Shown here one piece after another: positions 1 through 8,936 of a DNA stretch of 64,000 bases. Source of the stretch: a virus (Duplodnaviria > Caudoviricetes); IMG/VR virus record IMGVR_UViG_2690315628_000002, positions 1 through 64,000 of that record. The stretch is one strand, 5' to 3'. A program made the position numbers and the translations under genes. Positions within the stretch are counted from its first letter, which is position 1. The number at the start of each line of letters is the position of its first letter. Below the pieces are notes generated by a model. The model was not told the origin of the DNA. It did no database searches and was given only the letters and a program-made list of their open reading frames with translations.

Positions 1-3000
1 ATGGGTGTTATACGCAGGTCGATTCTCATAGACGAGCCGTCGAACGAGGACCATTTCAACGGAAAAGGTCATGAGCGGACCGCCGTGGCGCTCTCGAAAG
101 CGATTGCGAACTTCTCAGGAAGCGACCGAGCTATAGGGCTCGACGGCCCGTGGGGTAGTGGTAAATCTACAGTCGTGGAGATCGCTCGAAAAATCCTCGA
201 CCAACGGAAAACCAAGCAGAACCGGGCATATCACTTTTTCACGTTCGACATCTGGCAATCGCAGGGGTCGTCGTTCCGTAGGTCGCTCTTGGAGCACTTC
301 CTAGATTGGGCGATTGCAACTTTCCCAAAGCATCGCTCACAGTTGCAAGAGGTCGAGCGGAAAGTGAAGGGGAAAGTCCGAGAGGTTCGTTCAACGAACC
401 AGTCGATTTTGGATTGGTGGGGCGTGTTGGTTATCGCAGCCCTCCCGTTCCTTCCTCTCTATTATTTTTGGGCAAAATATCAATTCGATAAATCTGTTGT
501 GAAGGCTGACTTCTTCTGGTCCGGTTCATTCAAGCTGCTAGTGTTTTTCGTTGCCGGAACTTTCCTTTGGGCGCTCCGAAAGACTTTCTGCGAATGGAGA
601 AAGTCGGGCGCAGGCTTAAAAGGCCTATTGGGAAAATATCGAACGGCGCTCTCACAAACATTGCTGATCGGCTCGAAGCAGTTTGAAGATCAGAGGGTGA
701 CGCAATACATAAGGGAAATCGACCCAAACGATTTCGAATTTCAGACCACGCTTAGGGAAATCCTGTCGATTGTACAGTCCGAAAAGGTCAGAGTAGTTGT
801 CGTCCTCGACAACATAGACCGTCTGCCAAAAAAAGAACTTAATGACTATTGGGCGCAAGTGCGGGCTGTTTTTTCGGGCAGTTCGTCGGTTCAAAAAAAT
901 AACCCATCGCAGTCCGTGACCGTTATAGTACCATACCACCGTCACCTGATCGAAGAACAAGAGGCGACCGGTTCGGAAAAAAAAGAACGGTTGACCCTTT
1001 CTCCTCTAGGGGCGCGTGAAATTTTCACGAAGACCTTCGATGAAATACTTCAGGTTTCGCCTCCCGTCATGTCGAATTCTCGAGAGTTTTTCATTGAAAA
1101 AATGGGGGAGGCGCTGCCCGATGTCTCGGATCGCGACGAACTGTTTCGTGTGTATCTGGTATTCGACCGAATTATCAGACATCGAAGTGGTAGCGCGACG
1201 CCGAGGCAGATCATCGGTTTTATCAACGAGCTTGCTGGAATGTACGTACTGCACGGTGGGAGGTTCAAGCTTCCAACTGTTGCAGTTTACATAGCCTATC
1301 AGGACGCTTTGGAAGAGAATCCAGGGCTTCTGAATAATCCAGATTCAATCGAACCACGAGTTCGTCAAATAGCCGACGACAATGAGCTCGAGCAGAACCT
1401 TTCGGCAATGATCTTCAACGTCGAACCGGAGTTGGCACTTCAGTTAATGCTTGATCAGCGGATCAAAGACGCCGCCGTTCACAGCGCTGAAAAACTTATT
1501 GAAATTTCAAATTCGGCAGGTTTCGACGTTCGTGTGGACCAAGTTGTCCAAGAGAATGCCGACGAATGGGATGAAAGCGGCGAACTTCCGAACTCCGTTT
1601 CAAATTTTGCTGGCCTCTCCAAAGTCTATAACGGAGATGCCAAACCTCATTTCCAGAAGAGTTTGGTCGCATCAGTGATGCGCATGCGTCGTTTCAGCTT
1701 CGACCCGCAGGACTACGGTAGACTGCTGGCCGTGATTGAAATTGCACACCCCGATCAACTACCCGTATTGGTCAGATCGCTGATAGCTACAAGCCACGGC
1801 TCTCAAAACGACAAAAAAATTCTGCAGATTGAAGATGGAATTCGTTGGGTCTCGTTCCTTGGCAATTTGCATCGGAAGCTCACATCAGAAGCGTCGAACA
1901 ACCTTTTGCCGAGGGAACTGGGCAAGTTTGCGATATCGAGCGACCCGAGATTTTTGTTTGGGTTTGCAGCCCACGCAGCGAAGGAAGGTGTGCGTTTAAG
2001 TTGGCTAAGTCAGGCTAGAATAGATTTCGGTGGTGAGAACTCTCTATATCCAACCTATGCCGCTGAGCGACCCGCGGAAATGCGTGCCGCTTTCCCCGAG
2101 CTTTTATCCCTAAACTTGATCAATGACGAACTAAAAGTGTCCATTTTTTCGTATCTCGTGGAGCAGCTTGAGGCACCCGAGGTTGGCGACATGGTCAAGT
2201 TCCGAGAGCAACTTGAGCTTGCTGCCGAGGTTTACTCCGTGGTCCCGCACAACATGCGGAAAGACCTCAATGCCGAAAAGATTTTCGCAACATCACAGTT
2301 TTTTGAACATTTAACAGAATCGATGGAGTCAGAAAGCGATGCCGTCTTCGGCTCCGCACTCTTCCTAGCTATGCAGTCTCCTGGGCAGATGTCGCTCCCT
2401 GTGCCTACAAAGCAAGCCCGCAACGGCGTGTTGGTCCCAGATGAAACCGAGTTCTTTACGGCTTTCTCCAATGCTTTGACAGCTGGCGAGGGTGTTTCTT
2501 CCGAACAACTCGACAGGATCGCTGACCTTCACAAAAAGGCGATTGTCTTCACCACTCTCATCAATACGGGCGCTAGTCGAACCGAGAATCGATTGACCAA
2601 TGAGGTGATAAAGCGTGGGTTCGAGAACGGTGATCTACCATGGATAAACCTGCAGACCTTGAATAGGCACTATGACTTCTTGCAACGCCTTCTTGGTGCA
2701 TCGATGGCTGGAGTACTTGCGCGGTTTGAAGAACGAATTTCAGACTACGACATACCGAAGCTTGAACTTTCTGAGTATTCAGTGGCACTCATCCGCGACG
2801 CAAGGGAGCTAAGAACCAGCCGCTGGACGAAGGTTCGCGAGCATCTGACAAAACAGCTACAGGCTGTCCCGGTCATGGATTGGCCTGAACATTTATCAGA
2901 GGCCGATGGGCTTTCTAACGTTTTCCTAGAAATGATAGAGGGATCAAGTTTTAGGGTTGCCGATCCGAAGTTTCGCGATGTCATGGTTCAAATGTTGCTG

Positions 3001-3486
3001 GACATCTTGTCAGGCCGATTTACACCACCCGGTACACTTCAACTCGATTTGCTAATAAGCGCCATCGATCCTAGCTTTCACCGGGACATGTATCGTCAGA
3101 TTCGCGAATCGGCCAAGGACGTCACCCCAACAAATCTATCGGTCGCCGTGCTACACTTCCCCAATACAATCAGCCACGTTATCCGATCTTGGGAGCAGTT
3201 GCGGAAACCCGAAAAGGATGCCCTAGTCCGCTTTTTTCTTTGCTCTGCACTTGAGGGGGGGATCAATCGCGTTTTGAACGATTTTGAGGCCTTGGGGCAC
3301 ACGAAGGTCAAAGAGATGATTGCTTCTTCCCAGGAAAGTACACGTGAAAAGCTTCACGGAGCTATGACTGCCTTCTCGGAACCCTTTGATAGGAGAAATC
3401 GAGCTCGGCAACTGGGAGAGCTTTTCTACGGCAAGCGTAAGGTAAAGGGCTTCTTGGACATTTGGTTCAGGACCGACAGCGGCTGA
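1..3486 (+). CDS. KAP-family P-loop NTPase, large, with two internal TM helices; probable anti-phage protein
   Basis: Walker A GPWGSGKS, Walker B VVVLDNIDRL, FDIW motif, two hydrophobic helices inserted in the NTPase domain, TPRQI motif; long uncharacterised C-terminal region. Confidence 0.85.
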   Translation: MGVIRRSILIDEPSNEDHFNGKGHERTAVALSKAIANFSGSDRAIGLDGPWGSGKSTVVEIARKILDQRKTKQNRAYHFFTFDIWQSQGSSFRRSLLEHFLDWAIATFPKHRSQLQEVERKVKGKVREVRSTNQSILDWWGVLVIAALPFLPLYYFWAKYQFDKSVVKADFFWSGSFKLLVFFVAGTFLWALRKTFCEWRKSGAGLKGLLGKYRTALSQTLLIGSKQFEDQRVTQYIREIDPNDFEFQTTLREILSIVQSEKVRVVVVLDNIDRLPKKELNDYWAQVRAVFSGSSSVQKNNPSQSVTVIVPYHRHLIEEQEATGSEKKERLTLSPLGAREIFTKTFDEILQVSPPVMSNSREFFIEKMGEALPDVSDRDELFRVYLVFDRIIRHRSGSATPRQIIGFINELAGMYVLHGGRFKLPTVAVYIAYQDALEENPGLLNNPDSIEPRVRQIADDNELEQNLSAMIFNVEPELALQLMLDQRIKDAAVHSAEKLIEISNSAGFDVRVDQVVQENADEWDESGELPNSVSNFAGLSKVYNGDAKPHFQKSLVASVMRMRRFSFDPQDYGRLLAVIEIAHPDQLPVLVRSLIATSHGSQNDKKILQIEDGIRWVSFLGNLHRKLTSEASNNLLPRELGKFAISSDPRFLFGFAAHAAKEGVRLSWLSQARIDFGGENSLYPTYAAERPAEMRAAFPELLSLNLINDELKVSIFSYLVEQLEAPEVGDMVKFREQLELAAEVYSVVPHNMRKDLNAEKIFATSQFFEHLTESMESESDAVFGSALFLAMQSPGQMSLPVPTKQARNGVLVPDETEFFTAFSNALTAGEGVSSEQLDRIADLHKKAIVFTTLINTGASRTENRLTNEVIKRGFENGDLPWINLQTLNRHYDFLQRLLGASMAGVLARFEERISDYDIPKLELSEYSVALIRDARELRTSRWTKVREHLTKQLQAVPVMDWPEHLSEADGLSNVFLEMIEGSSFRVADPKFRDVMVQMLLDILSGRFTPPGTLQLDLLISAIDPSFHRDMYRQIRESAKDVTPTNLSVAVLHFPNTISHVIRSWEQLRKPEKDALVRFFLCSALEGGINRVLNDFEALGHTKVKEMIASSQESTREKLHGAMTAFSEPFDRRNRARQLGELFYGKRKVKGFLDIWFRTDSG

Positions 3487-3640
3487 GGAGGTGGCGCTCC
3501 GTGAATGAACGACGTGACCGATGTCGAGGTCAGCCGCATTGCTAATTGAGCTGCAGGACGCAGGCAGTCGCATTGTAACGACCTCAAAGATTAAGCTGCG
3601 TGCCGGTCAGCACCATCCGAGTGGATCGTGCGGATTTGCC

Positions 3641-5632
3641 TTATTGCTCGGCGTCCGAACTCGAACCCAGCGTCAAAATGGCTTTCCGTCCATCTTCCTG
3701 AAACCATAGTTCGACTATCTGTGTATCAGTGCTCGCGGGCAACGGGTCAGCACGACGAACTTTGAACGTCGTGGGAAGATTGACGGAATTGCCAAAGACG
3801 AGCGCATGCTGCTTCGGAAGGGACGGGAGCCGTTTCAACACGCTGTCGGAAATGAAGGGCGTCATTTGCCTGATCTGGAACAAGTCGTCAGGGTTTTGAA
3901 TTCGGTGGACGACGAAATTCGAGCATTGGGAGAGGACTGTCTTGGACAACTCGCTCGGGCGCTGTGAGGAGACCAGGAGAAATAAACCATATTTCCGTCC
4001 CTCCTTGGCGATCCGCTCAAAGACTCGTCCGGCATCCATGGCATATCGCGATGGAGTCGATGCTACGTAACGGTGGGCCTCCTCGAGCAATAAATGCACG
4101 GGGAAGCGATTGCGTGGTTCGGCGTGCCGAAGAAGCCGGAACACCATCCGCGCGAGCACAGCGCTGACCAGTTCCACGACTTCGTCCTCCACTAGGTTCA
4201 TGTCGAGAATGACGATTTGGGCGGATTTAACGTGTCCGCCCGCATCCCCGACGGTTAGTCCCAGCAAACCGGCAAGGAATTCTGACTGCGACAACTGGTC
4301 GGTGGATACGTGCCGGAGAAACTCGTAGTCGCCTCGTTTTTCCAGCGCCTTGAAGCGCGTGACCATCTGTGAGCAGTAATCTCGAATTTGGCGGTTGCCG
4401 TGAGATTCCTCGTAAAGCAGTGCTAGATCGATCGCGTCTCCAAGCGCTGTGAAATCGAAAGGGATATTCTCGTAGTCAGGGAACTTAATGTTGCGGTCTA
4501 TGTATCCGCCGGTACCATTGGTGCCGGCCAATAGTTTGTATGCGCTCTCCAAGCCGGGCATCTTGCCGAAGTCGACAGTGATATGGGAGCCAAGGACATT
4601 TGCATTGATCTCGGTCGTGCAAAACCGCTGAAGAATCCCGCGAATCCGCGTCTCTTTCGCCCCTGGAGGCGTCTCATCACCTAATATTTGTGTGATGCAA
4701 GTTGCGAGGATGTGGTTTTTGATCTTGGTGAGTTGTGCTCCTGAGGCCTGACCGAACAAAGTGACCAAGCCTAACGCCATTCGTAGGATAGGGAGTTGTG
4801 TACGTTCGCTTGCCTGGAGCAGGAGTTCCCATTCGGAAAGATCGAGAAACCAATGTGGGAGCCGAAAGGCATGGGAGGCGGAGGTGCCGTCGATGATGAG
4901 TCGTTTGACCCCAATCTGGGACTCATTTCCCAGTTTGTTGAATGATTCATAGTACTCGCCGTTGACGTCGAAGACGACGAATGTTGCGCCCCGGGCACGA
5001 TGTTCGTCCGTCTTTTCAAAGAGTGACTGCAGTACCGACGCGACGGTGCACGATTTGCCGCTTCCAGTATTGCCGAGAACCGCGATGTGACCGCCGAAGA
5101 AATCGTCGATCCTGACTTTGACGTGGTAATCTTCGAAGATGACGGATTTGCCAATCGCGAGATTGCGGTACCGGGTCGCTTCGGGTGGCGTCGGCGTTCC
5201 ACCGTCCTTATTCCTCGTCGGTTCCGTCCCATTTTCAGTGTCAAATATACGATCTAGTTCGGCGTCCAGTGAATACAAGGCGTCGGCGAAAAGCGATGGA
5301 AAAACTGAGACGCCGAAACGAAACTTGCCGTCACTTGCCATAGGGAGCATCCCGACAGGGACTAGATCGAGAAATTTGGCTCCACTTGCGTTTTCCATTT
5401 CTCCGCCTTCGCGGGATTGACCTTCCCTTTCCCGTAAGCCCACGACCTCGGCGACTACATACTCGGGAGGCGTGGGGATCATAAGAAACGATCCGAGCCG
5501 CGCGACGTAGTGAATGTCATCAAATCCGACCACGGTGAAATTGTCAGTGCCAGCGTGAAGCTCGACCACAAACCGATCGGCCGAGACGGATATCACCTTT
5601 CCGATTGCGCGCTTGCGGTCATCATTGCCCAT
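3641..5632 (-). CDS. herA: HerA/DUF87 ATPase of a Sir2-HerA defence system
   Basis: HAS-barrel-like N-terminus (IGKVISVS), Walker A GNTGSGKS, Walker B LLLEEAH, IAKEGRKYG and SQRPSE motifs; ATG at 5632 overlaps the end of the upstream SIR2 gene. Confidence 0.9.
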   Translation of the reverse strand: MGNDDRKRAIGKVISVSADRFVVELHAGTDNFTVVGFDDIHYVARLGSFLMIPTPPEYVVAEVVGLREREGQSREGGEMENASGAKFLDLVPVGMLPMASDGKFRFGVSVFPSLFADALYSLDAELDRIFDTENGTEPTRNKDGGTPTPPEATRYRNLAIGKSVIFEDYHVKVRIDDFFGGHIAVLGNTGSGKSCTVASVLQSLFEKTDEHRARGATFVVFDVNGEYYESFNKLGNESQIGVKRLIIDGTSASHAFRLPHWFLDLSEWELLLQASERTQLPILRMALGLVTLFGQASGAQLTKIKNHILATCITQILGDETPPGAKETRIRGILQRFCTTEINANVLGSHITVDFGKMPGLESAYKLLAGTNGTGGYIDRNIKFPDYENIPFDFTALGDAIDLALLYEESHGNRQIRDYCSQMVTRFKALEKRGDYEFLRHVSTDQLSQSEFLAGLLGLTVGDAGGHVKSAQIVILDMNLVEDEVVELVSAVLARMVFRLLRHAEPRNRFPVHLLLEEAHRYVASTPSRYAMDAGRVFERIAKEGRKYGLFLLVSSQRPSELSKTVLSQCSNFVVHRIQNPDDLFQIRQMTPFISDSVLKRLPSLPKQHALVFGNSVNLPTTFKVRRADPLPASTDTQIVELWFQEDGRKAILTLGSSSDAEQ

Positions 5633-6926
5633 CTGTCGCGTCCTTCGTCGCTCCCATGGTCTCAATGACTAACCTAACTGCGTTGTCGATCCTATCGCTC
5701 TGACGCTGTGGCATAAAATACTCGACAATCGTATTGAAATAGTGAGCAGGGTTTTTCTCGTCGGGACCATCGCCGCCAATAATCCAAATGCGTTCGTCGC
5801 TTAGGGCGCGTAGCTTGGCAATCTCTCCCTTGGAGTCGGGGTTCGCGAACACGATCAATCTGAAAGACGGGATGGTCAATGCCTGATAGATGATGTTGTT
5901 GAGATGCTCGTCTCCGAAGGCAAATCCGGCCGTAATTAGAACGCTCTGCTCTCGTACGACACGGCTCTGGAATTCGCGGAAAAGGTCTGAATAGGGCGAG
6001 CCAAGACTTGAATTCTGTTTCGCTGGAGTGGGGTAAATCATGACCTTGGAAGCGGCGTCCTGTGGCCAGACCTCACGGATTGGAAACAGTCCATGGTCGT
6101 CCTCCGTCCAGCTTAACGAGCCGTGCAGTTTGCAGAGATACACAAATCCGTCGACGGCGGACCATTTCCGACTCGTAACGTCGAGCTGTTCGGCAAGAGC
6201 GTAGCGGAACGTGGCGGGATTGAATCGACGCTCAACAACTCCCGAAAAGCCGTTGGTATACGGTAGACCCAGGCGGTCCATCGCGCGCTCATTGAAAAGG
6301 TCATAATTGGTAGTAAAAATCCACGGACGTGGTAGAGACCGATCCCGCAATACTAGACGACGGTAGAAGCTTTCATAGACATCTAAGAGTGAATTGTCTC
6401 CGGAGGCGAACATCCCCTCAGTGCACCGCTCCCAAAGAAACGTCTTTACCTTGTTGATGATGCCTTCGACGGTTTTTAATGAGACGCTGTGGCTAGCTTT
6501 GTCGCTGCGTCTATAAATGAACGCCAGACTGAACAGGAGCTCCATTAGCCTTTCGAGATTCCACGTGTACTCAGTTTCGTTGAGAGATGCTCCGTTGGCA
6601 TTAAGAAACTCGAGGTCATCGGAGGTAAGACCCCACGGGGGCGGGCTGATGAGGTTGAAATCATCATCGAACTGGGGAGGTAGTGGGTGCTTGCAGAACT
6701 CGGCAGCCAATGGGGCCATCGTCGGGATGCCTCGCTGCTTACCGTCGATTTCCAACGACGAGCAACCCGCGCCGAGGAGGAAAGCAACGTTGCGAGCGTT
6801 AAGGGCTTGGCCGAGGGCCTTCTGGACGATACTGGGGCCACTCTCCCAGTCCAGCGTCGTGCTCGACTGGTCGCCATGGCGAATAAACTGGAATTGCCTC
6901 ACCTGCGCCGTTTCCTGATCCGCCAC
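5622..6926 (-). CDS. SIR2-family NADase effector of a Sir2-HerA defence system
   Basis: FLLGAGCS, FTTNYD, KLHGS and GFAFGDEH sirtuin-like motifs; coupled to herA. Start taken as GTG 6926 after GGGGGA (alternative 6959). Confidence 0.88.
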   Translation of the reverse strand: MADQETAQVRQFQFIRHGDQSSTTLDWESGPSIVQKALGQALNARNVAFLLGAGCSSLEIDGKQRGIPTMAPLAAEFCKHPLPPQFDDDFNLISPPPWGLTSDDLEFLNANGASLNETEYTWNLERLMELLFSLAFIYRRSDKASHSVSLKTVEGIINKVKTFLWERCTEGMFASGDNSLLDVYESFYRRLVLRDRSLPRPWIFTTNYDLFNERAMDRLGLPYTNGFSGVVERRFNPATFRYALAEQLDVTSRKWSAVDGFVYLCKLHGSLSWTEDDHGLFPIREVWPQDAASKVMIYPTPAKQNSSLGSPYSDLFREFQSRVVREQSVLITAGFAFGDEHLNNIIYQALTIPSFRLIVFANPDSKGEIAKLRALSDERIWIIGGDGPDEKNPAHYFNTIVEYFMPQRQSDRIDNAVRLVIETMGATKDATDGQ

Positions 6927-7298
6927 CAAATCCCCCGTCTGAAAAAATCGCGCGAACACCGCCGTGAATCACAAACTCCGGTAGCAAGACACTATCGAAA
7001 TTCGCAGTGATATCCAGTGCGGTGAAAAATTGCCGGCGGGAAGCGATTATAGGTGCTGTAGGCAATTGGAGCATCGAACAAGTTTTGGCGGATGGCGACG
7101 AATGCTGCGATCGTGAGATTGATGCGCTATGATCCGACGCGTGAATTTCTCACTCAGAGATTGCGAGAAACGCTTCAAAAGCAAATATGCCCAAATCAAA
7201 TACCTCGAGTTGCCCCGATCAGTCAGCGCAGGGACAAACCAACCCCGCGAAATCATCAGACCCGACTAGTTGTCTTTCATCGATAATTTGAGAAGCGG

Positions 7299-7316
7299 TG
7301 GCGACCCCTGCAGGAC
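7299..7316 (-). repeat. att core: duplicated 3' end of a tRNA (probably tRNA-Arg)
   Basis: Minus strand reads GTCCTGCAGGGGTCGCCA (T-stem, acceptor strand, CCA); tRNA similarity stops abruptly; about 90 bp upstream of the integrase. tRNA identity is from recall. Confidence 0.75.
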
Positions 7317-7353
7317 ACACGACGTGTGTAGTATCAATTATTTAGTTGGCAAT

Positions 7354-7376
7354 TACCACGAATTGATACCACAATT
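7354..7376. repeat. Putative integrase arm-type sites
   Basis: Direct repeat TACCACGAATT / TACCACAATT between the att core and the int start. Confidence 0.45.
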
Positions 7377-7409
7377 GTCCGAGACGTATGGACACCTACG
7401 GAGACGCTA

Positions 7410-8609
7410 ATGCCATTGTCCGACCTCAAATGTCGCAACGCAAAGCCTGCTGAAAAGGACTATAAGCTCGCAGATGCAGGGCGGTTATATCTTCTTGTTC
7501 GCCCGAACGGGTCCAAACTCTGGCGCATGAATTATCAGTTTGCCGGAAAGCAAAAGACTCTTTCTATCGGAGCATATCCGTCCGTCTCGCTGGCCGACGC
7601 GCGGCAGTCTCGTGAGATCGCGAAGGAGCATTTGGCACATGGACGTGATCCTGCTCTAGCCAGTGCGGATCATCCCGAACGCAGATTTAAGATCGTCGCG
7701 ACAAACTGGTGGGATGCTCGGCGGAAAAGATGGAATGCCGTCTATGCTGAACGGATTTGGAGCCGATTGGAAAATCGGGTGTTTCCTCGTCTCGGCGAAC
7801 TGGACGTAACCAAGATTGCAGCGCGAGACATCCTCGCTCTAATTAAAGAAATCGAGGTCGAGGGAAAGCACGATCTAGCCCGCCGCGTGCGTCAATATGT
7901 GAGCGGCGTGTTTCGATTTGCAATTGCTTCCGAGATCACCGCAACAGACCCGTCCGCCACGGTGATCGATGCGATGGAGTCGAGGCCGAAAACAGTTCAC
8001 CGCGCCGCTATTCGTGAGGAAGAGTTGCCGGAATTTTTCCGACGCCTCCGCAATTACAACGGAGAATCACAGACAGCGCTGGCACTCGAACTTCTGATCC
8101 ACACAGCGGTCCGGTCCAAGGAGCTTCGCCTTGCGACGTGGTCAGAGTTCGATTTCGAGAAGAAGATCTGGCGGATACCGGAAGAGCGAATGAAAATGAA
8201 AAAGGAACACTTCGTTCCTTTGAGCAAGCGCGCCATCGAAATCCTGTATGAACTGAAGGAAATCGCTGGCGATAGTGATTTGATAGTGCCGAGCCCCGAC
8301 AAGGTGGCTCAACCAATATCGAACAACACAATGCTGTATTACCTGTATCGACTCGGCTACCACAGCAAGGCGACAGTGCACGGGTTTCGCAGCACATTCT
8401 CTACGATCGCAAATGAGTCCGGTCTTTGGCGCGAGGATGCGATCGAGACGCAGTTGGCTCATTCTGAGGAGGATGAAAGTCGGGATTCGTACAATGCCGC
8501 TCTGTACCTCTCTGAGCGGACCAGGATGATGAAGTGGTACAGCGAGAAGCTTGTCACCTTGTCAAAGAAGGTCCCCAATCGAGACGACTTGCTTGAGGGG
8601 CTTCTTTGA
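7410..8609 (+). CDS. int: Tyrosine integrase (P4-like, with arm-binding domain)
   Basis: N-terminal KDYKLADAGRLYL...GSKLW arm domain; catalytic R (AVRSKEL), HGFR, LAH and Y. Confidence 0.95.
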   Translation: MPLSDLKCRNAKPAEKDYKLADAGRLYLLVRPNGSKLWRMNYQFAGKQKTLSIGAYPSVSLADARQSREIAKEHLAHGRDPALASADHPERRFKIVATNWWDARRKRWNAVYAERIWSRLENRVFPRLGELDVTKIAARDILALIKEIEVEGKHDLARRVRQYVSGVFRFAIASEITATDPSATVIDAMESRPKTVHRAAIREEELPEFFRRLRNYNGESQTALALELLIHTAVRSKELRLATWSEFDFEKKIWRIPEERMKMKKEHFVPLSKRAIEILYELKEIAGDSDLIVPSPDKVAQPISNNTMLYYLYRLGYHSKATVHGFRSTFSTIANESGLWREDAIETQLAHSEEDESRDSYNAALYLSERTRMMKWYSEKLVTLSKKVPNRDDLLEGLL

Positions 8610-8936
8610 AGGCATGTGCAAGCGCAGAAACTCGATCACCTCCGTGGCCGTGTAGAACACATTGATTTCGACACCAACCTCGGCAAACCGTTTGATTTCG
8701 CCGCTTTGCCCCGGTGACAGTCCGCCATCTTTCCGCTTCCGAGCGGCGGGCTTTTTCATCTCGATGAGGAACAGCTTTCCGTATCCTGCGAAGAGGCGAT
8801 CAGGGCAGCCCACGCGACCCTGATACTGGATTTTGCGAACGATCCACGAATTGTTTTCCGCCCATGCTACAGCATCCAGCTCTTCGTTTTTCTCGATTTT
8901 GCGCGTGGCGAAGTCGAAATCGGCGAGGGGCTTCAT
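8562..8936 (-). CDS. VRR-NUC domain nuclease
   Basis: GCPDR...FLIEMK...LSPGQ PD-(D/E)xK pattern; ATGA overlap with the polymerase stop. Confidence 0.85.
   Translation of the reverse strand: MKPLADFDFATRKIEKNEELDAVAWAENNSWIVRKIQYQGRVGCPDRLFAGYGKLFLIEMKKPAARKRKDGGLSPGQSGEIKRFAEVGVEINVFYTATEVIEFLRLHMPSKKPLKQVVSIGDLL

Noticed and set aside
7299-7316. Intact tRNA gene
   Set aside because: Only the last 18 nt are present; no anticodon or D arm follows.
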